A stretch of DNA of 64,000 nt, taken from the IMG/VR virus record IMGVR_UViG_3300008262_003578, one strand, 5' to 3'. The stretch is from a virus. Within the stretch, counting starts at the first letter, position 1; each line of letters starts with the position of its first letter. The notes below the pieces were generated by a model, which saw only the letters and a program-made list of their open reading frames with translations, made no database searches and was not told the DNA's origin. The position numbers and the translations under genes are program-made. This document shows positions 48,726 to 59,491 of the stretch, one piece after another.

Positions 48726-49943
48726 TTATTTTATAATTGATTCGTAAAATTCTTTTCGCAAAATGGTTACATTTTGTAAATTGTATTTGTCTTTAACAGT
48801 TTCATACAATCTTTCACCCATATCGGTAATCATATTAGGGTTCTCAACAAGTTTTTTAATAAACTTTGACCAATCACTATGATTTTTAGTTTCGTCAACT
48901 AACAAAGCATTACCATCAACAAAATTACCATTTTTAAGTGAATGTTTCAAGTCAATTGTATAAGGACCAACGTTAGATGCGATTAACGCTTTTTTGTAAA
49001 ACCCCGCCTCAATAACTTTAAGTTGAGATTTAACCCTGTTAAAAATATGGTTTTTAATTGGTGCTAAAGAAATATCAAATTTAGAGTAATTCATAGCGTA
49101 AGATGTTACAGGTTTTGTCCAAACTCTTTGGTATGGTAATATAATATCACTTTTGTATTCATCTTCTTTAAATTCAAATAAGTAATCTTTGTATTTACCG
49201 TCAATAATTTTATAGTTATTTGTAAAAATCTCTTCATACTTAACCCAAACGGTTTCGCTAGGTTTAATTGGTCTTTGTTTTTGTTCACCTGTCTGTTGAT
49301 TAACTTCAGTTACGGTCCCACGAATATCAAATCCACATAACACATATTGGATTTTATCATTAATACTTGAGTTTTTTTGAACAAATCCATCCAATAATTT
49401 TAAATCATGTAAATGAGATGACCCCCCTAACCAACCAACTCTAATTCTTTCAGATTCTAATGTTGGTTGTTTGAACTGAGGTTCATCTGGATTTATTGCA
49501 TTTGGAAAAACAACCACATTTTTATTGTATTTTCTAATTTCATCGGCAAAAATTTCTGTAGTTGTTGTTACATAATCCGCTAATTTTAGATTAGCAACAA
49601 TTTTTTCATGTATTTTGTTTTGAACAATTAATGAGTGGATTGGGTGTTCTTTTGTTGGTAACCAATAATCATCTAAATCAACAATAACTTTAATTCCTTG
49701 GGATTTTAAGTAGTTAATCAACTGTTGAGTCCCCTCATAAGATGAACCAACATTTCTATGGATATGAACAATTTGATATTTTTTCCAATAATTAGGGTCA
49801 TTTACTTTAGGTTCAAAATCAATATCCACATAAAAATCATTAGGATACATATTTTGTAACATTACATGGGGGTCAACTGAGCGAAACTTTCCGACACCAG
49901 TTTTATCGCTTGGTAAGACTAACACATTAATTTTTTCTTTCAT
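48726..49943 (-). CDS. GT-B glycosyltransferase (GT4-like)
   Basis: GVGKFR...P, VDLDDYW, GWLGGSSH..DL, KSQLKVIEAG. Confidence 0.8.
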   Translation of the reverse strand: MKEKINVLVLPSDKTGVGKFRSVDPHVMLQNMYPNDFYVDIDFEPKVNDPNYWKKYQIVHIHRNVGSSYEGTQQLINYLKSQGIKVIVDLDDYWLPTKEHPIHSLIVQNKIHEKIVANLKLADYVTTTTEIFADEIRKYNKNVVVFPNAINPDEPQFKQPTLESERIRVGWLGGSSHLHDLKLLDGFVQKNSSINDKIQYVLCGFDIRGTVTEVNQQTGEQKQRPIKPSETVWVKYEEIFTNNYKIIDGKYKDYLFEFKEDEYKSDIILPYQRVWTKPVTSYAMNYSKFDISLAPIKNHIFNRVKSQLKVIEAGFYKKALIASNVGPYTIDLKHSLKNGNFVDGNALLVDETKNHSDWSKFIKKLVENPNMITDMGERLYETVKDKYNLQNVTILRKEFYESIIK

Positions 49944-50000
49944 ATTTTTTAATTATATAAACTAAAATATAATAGACCATTTTCATTATATCAATATAGA

Positions 50001-50032
50001 AAACAAAAAACCCCCACGATTAATGGAGGTTT
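50001..50032 (-). terminator. rho-independent terminator separating late genes from the glycan cluster
   Basis: acctcca...tgggggt hairpin then a U-tract on the minus strand. Confidence 0.65.
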
Positions 50033-50064
50033 GACCAATGTAATAAAATACAAAGGGGTGCGTG

Positions 50065-50679
50065 TTATTCCGAAATTTTTCTAACCTTAGTAACTTTACC
50101 CTCAAACATATGTTGACCCACTCTAAATTTAAAAACATCGTTAGATTTTTTTGTGGACTCAACCATAAGACCATTTTCTTTTAGTACCTCTTCAACAGTC
50201 TCCCTTACAATACTTCTAATATCATCAGCGGAAATACCATTTGAAATGCTCTCATTAACAATCGGTCTACGTTGTTGTGTGTTTGGTAATGGTTCTCCTT
50301 TTGCGTTAACGTTCATTAATCTTGCAGCTTTTTCAGCTAACTCAGATGAAATACTACTACCACCAGTTAATGGGTTATTTGGTTGAACAATTGGATGTTC
50401 CATCATTAATTGTTTTATTTCATCAGGTAATTTTGATGACATAATTCTATCTTTAGTTACTGGTTGTTGAGGTTTACTAACAGTACTAGTTGTATGAAAT
50501 TCACTTTCATTTAAAATATCATTAGGTAAATTGTAAGTTGCTTGAGGCGCTTCGTAATTTTCTACCTGTGGTGTGGAAAAATTATTTATTCCATTATTAC
50601 CTCTACCCATAGTATCGTGTCGTTCCATAATTTTTTTAGACACCATAAGTTTTTGTATTAAATCATTTTCGTTTGTCAT
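50065..50679 (-). CDS. hypothetical protein
   Basis: 204-aa ORF. Confidence 0.75.
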   Translation of the reverse strand: MTNENDLIQKLMVSKKIMERHDTMGRGNNGINNFSTPQVENYEAPQATYNLPNDILNESEFHTTSTVSKPQQPVTKDRIMSSKLPDEIKQLMMEHPIVQPNNPLTGGSSISSELAEKAARLMNVNAKGEPLPNTQQRRPIVNESISNGISADDIRSIVRETVEEVLKENGLMVESTKKSNDVFKFRVGQHMFEGKVTKVRKISE

Positions 50680-50732
50680 AATAATATGTTTTATAAAAAA
50701 TATGTGATAAAATATAACAGTAAAGTTAACTG

Positions 50733-51137
50733 TTAAGCAATGTTCTCTTCTGTATTATCAAATGTGACTAAGCTAATAACTCTCACCATTCCTTTATCAC
50801 CATTAGGATTAAATCCTGGTTTTGGTTCATTAAATGTCTCACCTGTTGGTTTAAATGATAGGATTTTATCAACTCTAAATAATCTCCACCCAGGTAATGG
50901 TTGTTCACCTTTATATCCTGTATGAGACGCTCCCGAATTATCCCAAGCCCTTAATACTGGGTTATCTGCTTTACTATACCCAAAACAAACAGGCTCAATT
51001 TCACGTAAACCTTTACCTCCTGGTTCATCACCATCATAATAAATAATAACTTTGCGTCGTTTATTAATTGCATCACTTAATGATTCTATTGATGCGACTT
51101 CTAATAATACCGACTTAAATGTATCTATTAATTTCAT
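50733..51137 (-). CDS. stand-alone WYL-domain protein
   Basis: VIIYYDG....LREIEPVCFG......LRAW...GWRLFRVDKI. Confidence 0.65.
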   Translation of the reverse strand: MKLIDTFKSVLLEVASIESLSDAINKRRKVIIYYDGDEPGGKGLREIEPVCFGYSKADNPVLRAWDNSGASHTGYKGEQPLPGWRLFRVDKILSFKPTGETFNEPKPGFNPNGDKGMVRVISLVTFDNTEENIA

Positions 51138-51430
51138 TATGCACTTGGAGTTGTGTAAGGGTTTTGTATTTTATATTTATTTATTACCAATTCTGCTTTC
51201 CTTTCAATTATGTCTTGAATACCTCCCGCATTTTGGTTTCCTGTATCTAAAAACTGACCAGTTCCTTTACCTTGAGCATCTCCATCCGCTAACGCATCTG
51301 GATTAACTGCCGAGTATTGGTTTTCTGTTTTGTAATCATTTTTAGGGAACAATTTTTTTCTTTCCGATTCTGCGATTTCAGATAATGAGTTTTTAGGTTG
51401 ACTGAAATCTAATGGTTCGTTAACTGCCAT
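51137..51430 (-). CDS. hypothetical protein
   Basis: 97-aa ORF in operon. Confidence 0.7.
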   Translation of the reverse strand: MAVNEPLDFSQPKNSLSEIAESERKKLFPKNDYKTENQYSAVNPDALADGDAQGKGTGQFLDTGNQNAGGIQDIIERKAELVINKYKIQNPYTTPSA

Positions 51431-51432
51431 AA

Positions 51433-51903
51433 TTATATTATTTTATTGATTAAATCGTTTATTCTTTTTAAGTTTTCGGTTATTGCCGTATCATATCTTT
51501 CTGTTGCCGATTTATGTGATTTAGTCGGTCTATTCATATTATTCACGTTATTTTTTTCGTGAGGTTGAATAAATTGATTTGGGAGTACAGTTGATTTAAC
51601 TTCCTTTGGTAAACGAGAATTTTCTCTCATTGAGTTCAGAGTATTGTCAACCCACTCTTTTACGTAATGACCTCCATTTAATATAAATGATAAATCGTTT
51701 TCATGACCATTAAAATTGTCAAACCAATTTTTCATTCTTTTTAATTGTTGATACGTAATTTCTTTTTTATCTCTTAGGTCTTTATTTCGTTTATAACCTT
51801 CAGTTGTTTCATCAGCACCATTGGCAGAATTAAAGCATTGGTCTAAATAACCAACAACGTCTTCAGGTAATGGAACTGTATGTCCGTATAAATCTTTATT
51901 CAT
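51433..51903 (-). CDS. hypothetical protein
   Basis: 156-aa ORF in operon. Confidence 0.7.
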   Translation of the reverse strand: MNKDLYGHTVPLPEDVVGYLDQCFNSANGADETTEGYKRNKDLRDKKEITYQQLKRMKNWFDNFNGHENDLSFILNGGHYVKEWVDNTLNSMRENSRLPKEVKSTVLPNQFIQPHEKNNVNNMNRPTKSHKSATERYDTAITENLKRINDLINKII

Positions 51904-52750
51904 CGTATTTTAAAGTTTTAATCAATTGGTCTAAACTAATCCCCTCTTTTTCGGCTAGTTTCTTTATTGATTTTAAATTCCTCTTTAAAAATTTACTTAT
52001 TGTTTGGTTTGAGTTGGAGTCTGTTTTAACTACATCACCATCTTTTTTTGATTTTTTAGTTAAAATGTCTTCAACCATCTTAACCATTTTTTGTCTTTGT
52101 ATTTCTTCAATCGGTTCTTTTTCAACTAAACGCTGTCTAATGAAGGCTCCTTTAACTTTTTTCTTTTCTAACTTAGGGTCTTTACCCATTTCCTCAGCTC
52201 TTTCCTCGCCATTATCAACACCCATATCTTCAAGAGTCTCTACAGTATCTTCAAAATCCATATCTTTAGTTTCCTCATACCCAAAAGCATCAGAATAATC
52301 AACCTCAGATACAACATTATCTTGTTCATCTTCACTCTCACCCCAATACACACGGTAACCTCTTGTAACAGGGTCATTAGTTACTCTGGACATTGCAACA
52401 GTTTGGTCCATAGTTTTTTTAGGTGTTAACTTTTGATTAAGAATTGGTGAATTAGAACCTAACATAGTACCATCAGCATCAACCAATTCCTCAATTTCTC
52501 CTTCAGAATCTAAGTCTTTGAATTTTTTTTCAATCTGTTTTGGGTTTAATTTCTTCTTTGTTTTTAAAAACTTACCAACCAAATCTTTAATACTTTTTTC
52601 ATTCTTTTTACTTAAAACTATTTTTTTGTCTTTTTTTCTTGATTCAGTTAAAGTTTCGGCCACAGAATAGAATAACGATATTTTATCATAACCTTCTTTT
52701 AAAAGGAAATAATAATTATTACTGAAATATTCTTTATTATATTCTATCAT
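51896..52750 (-). CDS. hypothetical protein
   Basis: 284-aa ORF; TATTTAT on the minus strand at 52767-52773. Confidence 0.75.
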   Translation of the reverse strand: MIEYNKEYFSNNYYFLLKEGYDKISLFYSVAETLTESRKKDKKIVLSKKNEKSIKDLVGKFLKTKKKLNPKQIEKKFKDLDSEGEIEELVDADGTMLGSNSPILNQKLTPKKTMDQTVAMSRVTNDPVTRGYRVYWGESEDEQDNVVSEVDYSDAFGYEETKDMDFEDTVETLEDMGVDNGEERAEEMGKDPKLEKKKVKGAFIRQRLVEKEPIEEIQRQKMVKMVEDILTKKSKKDGDVVKTDSNSNQTISKFLKRNLKSIKKLAEKEGISLDQLIKTLKYDE

Positions 52751-52762
52751 ATCACTTTTTTT

Positions 52763-52803
52763 TATAATAAATACTTCGTTTTAGAGTATTTATCTTAAAA
52801 AAG
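52763..52803. promoter_or_regulatory. back-to-back TATTTAT putative late promoters
   Basis: TATTTAT at 52787-52793 (+) and 52767-52773 (-), each 10-17 nt upstream of a divergent ATG. Confidence 0.5.
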
Positions 52804-55644
52804 ATGGCGGGTCAAAATATAAATCAATATGTTTATCCAAATTGGGGCGTAAAACTCGTTAATGAGTCATATGATATGTCGTTAACGTCTGACGAACAAG
52901 GGTACAATCAAGAGGTTGTTTTCTCACCATATTTGATTGCTCAAACATATGGTAATAAATTACCCGTTTATTTTGATATTGATAATCCTCTAACATCTCA
53001 AGGTTTAAACTTAACATATAAAAATTATAATCTTAATAATATATTTGTTTCTCAAAACTATTATGAAACTAATGATTTAGATTTAAATTGTTTTACAGGT
53101 CATTCTTCTTGTGATATTGGTTTAACAGGTATTGATAATGGTTTAGTATCTGAAATGACGGGACAAACCATAAATTTTACTAATGGGTTAATTAATGACT
53201 CATTAAAGTTTACACGACTTAATTTTGATAGGAGACTTAAACTATTTCAAACCACAGGATACACTAGTTCACCTAACATTAGATTTTCAGGTTTTGATAA
53301 AACTATATTATATGAAGTTGTAAGTAAAAACGACCCTTTTGTCGGTAAATACCACGAACTATATGGAGGGTTTTATCAAGGGTTCTATAAATTATTTGGG
53401 TATGATTATGATATTTTACCTGAAAGAATGAATAAAGGTTGGTCAGTTGAGATGATTCTAAAACCTAGATTAATTGATGAATATTTTCCTGGCCCCAATG
53501 AAACAACTTTAAACGAAATTTACCCTAATAATAAAAATACATTCTTTTATTTTGGGACTAGAGCGGAAAATAAATTTTATCATCACGCTGATGGTACCCC
53601 AAATTGTTTTACAGGGTACACAAGAGTAACAACACCTTTAACGGGATTAACTACCTGTGCTTGCTGTAATAAAACAATAACGGATAGTCGTTGTATATAT
53701 GTTTACCCTCCTAGGTCGGTAAATAATATTCACGACCCACACGTTAATTATGGTTGTAATTTATGTAATGGTAACCGAGAGAAAAAAATAACTTGTGGAT
53801 GTGACTGTAAAGATTATACTTGTGAAACGTGTGGATGGGAATGTTTTGAACATAAGTGTGACACTATAATAACACCTACCCCAACTCCATCGCCCACACC
53901 TACACCCACACCTGACAATTGTGTTATAATACCAACTTGCACACCAACATGTACTAAATGTGATACTTGCGATGATTGTAAATGCTCAACAACAGGATTT
54001 ACATCAGTTGAGAATACTTGCGAGGTGGACCCATTGTTTGATTCATTATCCAACGCAATATCGTTCAGATTATGCGGTGACCCTAAAAACCCTCAAATAG
54101 GGGTTAGAATGTTATCAATTACAGGTGATTGTCAAACAACGGGCTCTTGTGAAAACACTGGTGTTACATTCACGACAGGGTATACGATAGTTGATTATTG
54201 TACCCCACCTATATACCCAAGATGTGAACAAGAAAATCCTGCTTGGTTAGAGGAAGAACATTGGTTCCAAGTTAATATTGTGTGGGAAAGATACAATTGG
54301 TTAGATGAATGTGATTTATTATTTAGAGGTGGTTTAGATACAATAACTGAAAAACTTTATTTAGAATCATTGGCTAATAACACGGTTTCTTTGGTTAATG
54401 TACCTTATACTAAAGTTGACGGAAAAACTGCTGAACAAATTGAAATTGTTAAGTTAAATGATAGATGGATAAGTGAAAAAAATTACCGAGAAGGTAGGTT
54501 AAAAATATATATTAATGGTAAAATATTTTATACAATTGAGAATTTTGAGGAATTAATTCCCAGAGCTTTAGATACTGATAAAGAAAAACAAGTTGGGGTT
54601 CCATTTAACATCTCGTGGGGTGGGGGTACTCAAGGATTACGAGAAAACTTAACATTTTCATCAACAACGTTACCATTTGGGCCTTATATACAAGACCCTG
54701 AATGTTTTCCAATTAACGATTTAACAGGAACAACATTTAATGGTCTAAAAACTAATATATTAATAGAGCAAAATTTTGCTGGAACATTTGAAGGTGCTAT
54801 ATCTCAATTTAGAATGTACACGTCTCCGTTATCCGCCCCTGAAATTAAACACAACTTCAAAATTCTAAATCAGAAATTTGAAATGTTTAATCCTGATTGC
54901 CCTGATTGCTCAACAAAGGTATGTGAAATTAATGATTTTACTTACGTTATTACTGATACAAATGATATACTTGAAGAATCAATTGAAATACCTCATCCAT
55001 TAGGAAGAGTATATATTCCTGACGAAAGAGACAAAAATTATTTAATTGAGGATAAGTTAAAACTTAAAAACACAATATTAACAACTAAGTATTGGGACGC
55101 CGATGAATGGTGGGGCAATCAAGAAAACACCCCTCAATGTGTTGGATATGCTTGGGCTCATTGGATTGAGGACGGACCAGTTAAACATGAGGGTATATCC
55201 CCAATCATCAATCCAACCTTAATTTATAAAGAAGCTCAAAAATTAGATGAGTGGGTTGGTGAAAATTATAATGGTACATCAGTTAGAGGTGGCGCTAAGT
55301 ACTTGAAAAATACAAATAAGATTTCGTCATATTTATGGACTTATAATATTAACGTATTAATAGATACTGTTTTAACTAAAGGCCCTGTAGTTGTGGGAAC
55401 TAATTGGTATAGGTCAATGTTTTTCCCTGATAAGAATGGTTTAATGAGGGTCACTGGTAAATTAACTGGCGGACATGCTTATGTAATTAATGGGGTGGAT
55501 AAAAATAAAAAATTATTTAGAATTAAAAATAGTTGGGGGAAAAATTGGGGAAAATCAGGTCACGCATTCATATCATTTAGTGATATGGAAAAGTTAATTA
55601 AACAAAATGGTGAAGTTTGTTTAGCGATAGAGAATAAATTTTAA
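52804..55644 (+). CDS. large Cys-rich protein (possible LamG-like domain) with C-terminal papain-like (C1) peptidase
   Basis: Cys cluster with a PTPTP linker; FEGAISQFRMY resembles the LamG end; QENTPQCVGYA, GGHAYVING, KNSWGKNWG. Confidence 0.8.
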   Translation: MAGQNINQYVYPNWGVKLVNESYDMSLTSDEQGYNQEVVFSPYLIAQTYGNKLPVYFDIDNPLTSQGLNLTYKNYNLNNIFVSQNYYETNDLDLNCFTGHSSCDIGLTGIDNGLVSEMTGQTINFTNGLINDSLKFTRLNFDRRLKLFQTTGYTSSPNIRFSGFDKTILYEVVSKNDPFVGKYHELYGGFYQGFYKLFGYDYDILPERMNKGWSVEMILKPRLIDEYFPGPNETTLNEIYPNNKNTFFYFGTRAENKFYHHADGTPNCFTGYTRVTTPLTGLTTCACCNKTITDSRCIYVYPPRSVNNIHDPHVNYGCNLCNGNREKKITCGCDCKDYTCETCGWECFEHKCDTIITPTPTPSPTPTPTPDNCVIIPTCTPTCTKCDTCDDCKCSTTGFTSVENTCEVDPLFDSLSNAISFRLCGDPKNPQIGVRMLSITGDCQTTGSCENTGVTFTTGYTIVDYCTPPIYPRCEQENPAWLEEEHWFQVNIVWERYNWLDECDLLFRGGLDTITEKLYLESLANNTVSLVNVPYTKVDGKTAEQIEIVKLNDRWISEKNYREGRLKIYINGKIFYTIENFEELIPRALDTDKEKQVGVPFNISWGGGTQGLRENLTFSSTTLPFGPYIQDPECFPINDLTGTTFNGLKTNILIEQNFAGTFEGAISQFRMYTSPLSAPEIKHNFKILNQKFEMFNPDCPDCSTKVCEINDFTYVITDTNDILEESIEIPHPLGRVYIPDERDKNYLIEDKLKLKNTILTTKYWDADEWWGNQENTPQCVGYAWAHWIEDGPVKHEGISPIINPTLIYKEAQKLDEWVGENYNGTSVRGGAKYLKNTNKISSYLWTYNINVLIDTVLTKGPVVVGTNWYRSMFFPDKNGLMRVTGKLTGGHAYVINGVDKNKKLFRIKNSWGKNWGKSGHAFISFSDMEKLIKQNGEVCLAIENKF

Positions 55645-55659
55645 TTTTAAAAATGGATA

Positions 55660-57438
55660 ATGTCATTAAAAATAACTATAAGTAGTATAAATTATGATGG
55701 TGAATTAGCAACCATATTATTTAAACCTGATAATGATATAGTTACAATTAATTTAGGTGAGGTAACATTACCCTTTGATTTTGAACCTTCTTTGTTAATT
55801 CCCCCAAGAGAGGTGTACGGTACATATACCATCTTAGTTGAAGATGCGGATTGTCCTAATATATTGAATGTGTATAGACCAACACCTACCGTTACTCCTA
55901 CACCCACAAATACTAAAACTCCTACACCTACAAATACTAAAACCCAAACATCAACACCTACATTTAATCCTTGTTTAGTAACTAAAACCCCGACAGTAAC
56001 ACCAACAAATACTAAAACCCCAACACCGACTAAAACCCCAACTAAAACAATTGACCCATGTTTATTAACTAAAACCCCAACACCTAGTATTACATCAACT
56101 AAAACCCCAACACCTAGTATTACATCAACTAAAACCCCAACACCGACTAAAACCCCAGCTAATACCTCAACCCCGACTAATACTCAAACTCAAACTAATA
56201 CCAATACTCAAACCCCAACTAATACACCTACTAATACACCAACCAACACAGAAACCCCAACTGAAACTCCGACTAATACGCCAACTAATACTCAAACGCC
56301 AACCAACACAGAAACCCCAACTCAAACACCAACTCAAACACCAACGAATACAACAACACCAACAATAACATCAACTCCAACACAAACTTCAGCACCTGAG
56401 TGCGACATTCTTTTAACTATAATACCAATAACACCGACACCTACTGTCACACAAACCCCAACTAAAACACCATCACCCCAATGTGATTTTACTTTACAGA
56501 TTAACTTTCCAGTAGAAACACCAACACCGACAGTTACTAACACACCAACAAACACTCCAACAACTCCGTCACCATTTTTATTAGATAATTACCCTAATTC
56601 AGTTGCGGCTTTTTCGGCTAGAAAATTATCATCAACATATTCAGGTCCTTGCATGAGAGTGAGAAGAAATTTTGATAATACCGAATTAGACATTGGTTTT
56701 ACCACAATAAATGGTAAAGTGGTTTTAGATTCACCAGCATTAATGGATTTTGTAACAGGTCCTTATGGTTCTTGGTCTTTTACAGGTGGTTTATATCAAG
56801 GAGTTAATGGTACTGGTTATGTTGTTGTTTGGTATGACCAATCAGGTAATGACAACCATGCTTATCAATATACCCCAAATCAACAACAAGGTGTTGTTAT
56901 AAATGGGACTAGAACGGCACTATTAGATAAAGATGGTAATTATCAAATAACCCCTTACTTACACTCTTTTTTTGAATCAATGGCAAAAGCCCCATTAAGT
57001 TTAACAACAAATATACAAATAACCGCAGCATTTACTTTAGGTCAAGTATTTTCTCAAAATAATATTAACTACATATTCTTCGGGTCTAGCGGGTCAATCG
57101 GTGGAGCTTGGTATAACGGTTCTTTCGTTGATGCTCAAGGACTTGGATTCTTTGACGGAGTATTGGCATTTAGTTTAACGGGCGAAGATTTATTATCTCA
57201 CTTAGGTTATTTTGACTTCTCAACGGGTAGAATGTTAATTTCTAAAGATGGTGCACCTTCACAAGATTTGGGGGCGTCGTTGACACCAATTAATCTTACT
57301 CATATCGCGGGTAGAACTGGGTCAAGTGCATTATATTTTAGAGGTGGGGTTAATGAATTTGTGTTCTATAATACAGACCAATCGGTAAATAAAGTAGGTA
57401 TTGAGACCAACATAAACAATTTTTATAACACATATTAA
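55660..57438 (+). CDS. mucin-like Thr/Pro fibre protein with C-terminal lectin/GH54-like domain
   Basis: long TPT/TKTP/TNTP repeats; AAFSARKLSSTYSGPCMRVRR..DN.ELDIGF, WYDQSGN. Confidence 0.7.
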   Translation: MSLKITISSINYDGELATILFKPDNDIVTINLGEVTLPFDFEPSLLIPPREVYGTYTILVEDADCPNILNVYRPTPTVTPTPTNTKTPTPTNTKTQTSTPTFNPCLVTKTPTVTPTNTKTPTPTKTPTKTIDPCLLTKTPTPSITSTKTPTPSITSTKTPTPTKTPANTSTPTNTQTQTNTNTQTPTNTPTNTPTNTETPTETPTNTPTNTQTPTNTETPTQTPTQTPTNTTTPTITSTPTQTSAPECDILLTIIPITPTPTVTQTPTKTPSPQCDFTLQINFPVETPTPTVTNTPTNTPTTPSPFLLDNYPNSVAAFSARKLSSTYSGPCMRVRRNFDNTELDIGFTTINGKVVLDSPALMDFVTGPYGSWSFTGGLYQGVNGTGYVVVWYDQSGNDNHAYQYTPNQQQGVVINGTRTALLDKDGNYQITPYLHSFFESMAKAPLSLTTNIQITAAFTLGQVFSQNNINYIFFGSSGSIGGAWYNGSFVDAQGLGFFDGVLAFSLTGEDLLSHLGYFDFSTGRMLISKDGAPSQDLGASLTPINLTHIAGRTGSSALYFRGGVNEFVFYNTDQSVNKVGIETNINNFYNTY

Positions 57439-57439
57439 T

Positions 57440-57667
57440 ATGATAGTATTAGGTTATAAATATACAACTGAAAATGAGGCTAAAGAAGCCACTAAATTAT
57501 GTGACCAATTTTATGGATACCCTAAAGAAGGTTGTTTATCTAAAAGTTGGTGTGAATACGAGTATTATGAGACGGATGATTTTTATTACATAGTTTATGG
57601 TGATACATTAAAAAATGTATTAGGTGAACCTTCAGAATTAAATATTAAAATAACTAACCCTTTATAA
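57440..57667 (+). CDS. small hypothetical protein, possible fibre chaperone
   Basis: 75 aa, immediately after the fibre gene. Confidence 0.55.
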   Translation: MIVLGYKYTTENEAKEATKLCDQFYGYPKEGCLSKSWCEYEYYETDDFYYIVYGDTLKNVLGEPSELNIKITNPL

Positions 57668-59487
57668 TGTCATTATCAATAACCATAGCAAGTATTAATT
57701 ACAACGGACAAGTTGGGGATATCACTTTTTACCCACTTACTGGTGGTACGATAAACATCGGACCACAAACAATACCGTATGTTTATTTCACAGATTACCC
57801 ATATGGGGTGTATGATATTTATGTTTCATCATATGATATAACTTGTTCAGTTTCAATAGCACCTCCAACACCAACCCCAACTAATACACCAACTGAAACT
57901 CCTACAAATACTCCTACAGAAACTCCTACAAATACTCCTACAGAAACACCAACCAACACACCTACTGAAACTCCAACTCCTACTTCTACCCCAACAAATA
58001 CTCAAACACCAACTAACTCTATAGTATCATCAGGATTGATAATGAATTGGGATATTCAAAACACAAGTTCTTATAGTGGTAGTGGGTCAATAATAACTGA
58101 CTTACAAGGTAATATAAATGGGACAATGACAGGTGTTATTTCATACACAAACGATTCTCCGAAATATCTAACTATTGATGGTGGAGTATCTGAGTATATA
58201 TACACATCAAATATTAACCCATACTTATCACCTGTAAATACAGGAACGGCTCAATCTACTTTCCTTTGGATTTACCCAACATCTAATGGTATAATTTATT
58301 CTGAACAAGGCTCTCTTTCACCTGACTTTGGTTGGTTCGATGTTCAAATTCAAAGGGATTCTAGTGATAGATTTTTATTCGGAGTTTGGCCATACACTAT
58401 CAATGGTCCTGCACCAATAACATCATCCATTACTCACTCTCTGAATAATTGGTATTATGTTGGTTGGACATATAATGGGACCACACTTACTGCGTATGTA
58501 AACGGAACAATGGTTGGAATATCAACCTATTCGAGAGACACACCATACAATTTAGGGCCTAGTTTACCGATGTATTTCAATTTCGGATACCCATCCACTA
58601 CGGATTTGACAACAACAACTTCCGCTTGTTCTTATAGATTAGGTGCGGTTCAAATTTACAACATTGGTTTATCGGGGGCTCAAGTGTTACAAAACTATAA
58701 TTATGATAGTGCTAAATATATATTACCCACACCAACACCAACAGTTACCCCAACTAACACACCAACTACAACAAAAACCTCAACACCATCGGCAACACCT
58801 AGTATCGTAACATCAAACTTACAACTACAATTATCACCAAGTAGTTATATTGGCTCAGGAACTGTTTGGGATACAACTGTTGGGACTACAGATGCGATTT
58901 TATCGGGTAGTCCAACTTATAATATATTAAGTGGGTTTACATTTAATGGAACTACTCAATATGGTAGAATACCAAGTGTTGATGGTGTAACGAACTTTAC
59001 AAATACCAGTGAGTATACTGTTGAAATTTGGTTTAACCCATCGTCGGGTCAAGCAAATACTGCTGAAGCCGAAATATTAGAGAAATGGAATCAGACTAAT
59101 CAATTGAGGTATCCATATGTTTTTAGATACGCCGAAAATACTGGTACGGTAACCGCGGCAGTTTATGATGGTACTACTTTTAGAAATATAAACTTAACAG
59201 GATTCCCAACAAATACGTGGGCACAAGTCGTGGGGGTTTTCAACTTCACAACAGATGTCTTCACACTTTATAGAAATGGTGTATCGGGAGGCACCGCCAG
59301 TTTAGTGGGTATAGGACAAGTAAGTAATACAAGTTCGGTTGGTATTTCGTGTAGACTTAAAACCGATGGGACAGGTGAGATATTTTTCAAGGGAACAGTT
59401 TCAATAGTGAGAATATATAACACTGCTTTATCGTCCTCTCAAGTGTTACAAAACTTTAATGTAGATAAAACAAAATACGGTTTATAA
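57667..59487 (+). CDS. Thr/Pro-linker protein with two LamG/ConA-like domains
   Basis: TETPTNTP repeats; two domains ending in YN..LS..QVLQN(Y/F)N with W..V...Y/F..T.Y.NG cores. Confidence 0.8.
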   Translation: MSLSITIASINYNGQVGDITFYPLTGGTINIGPQTIPYVYFTDYPYGVYDIYVSSYDITCSVSIAPPTPTPTNTPTETPTNTPTETPTNTPTETPTNTPTETPTPTSTPTNTQTPTNSIVSSGLIMNWDIQNTSSYSGSGSIITDLQGNINGTMTGVISYTNDSPKYLTIDGGVSEYIYTSNINPYLSPVNTGTAQSTFLWIYPTSNGIIYSEQGSLSPDFGWFDVQIQRDSSDRFLFGVWPYTINGPAPITSSITHSLNNWYYVGWTYNGTTLTAYVNGTMVGISTYSRDTPYNLGPSLPMYFNFGYPSTTDLTTTTSACSYRLGAVQIYNIGLSGAQVLQNYNYDSAKYILPTPTPTVTPTNTPTTTKTSTPSATPSIVTSNLQLQLSPSSYIGSGTVWDTTVGTTDAILSGSPTYNILSGFTFNGTTQYGRIPSVDGVTNFTNTSEYTVEIWFNPSSGQANTAEAEILEKWNQTNQLRYPYVFRYAENTGTVTAAVYDGTTFRNINLTGFPTNTWAQVVGVFNFTTDVFTLYRNGVSGGTASLVGIGQVSNTSSVGISCRLKTDGTGEIFFKGTVSIVRIYNTALSSSQVLQNFNVDKTKYGL

Positions 59488-59491
59488 TAAT

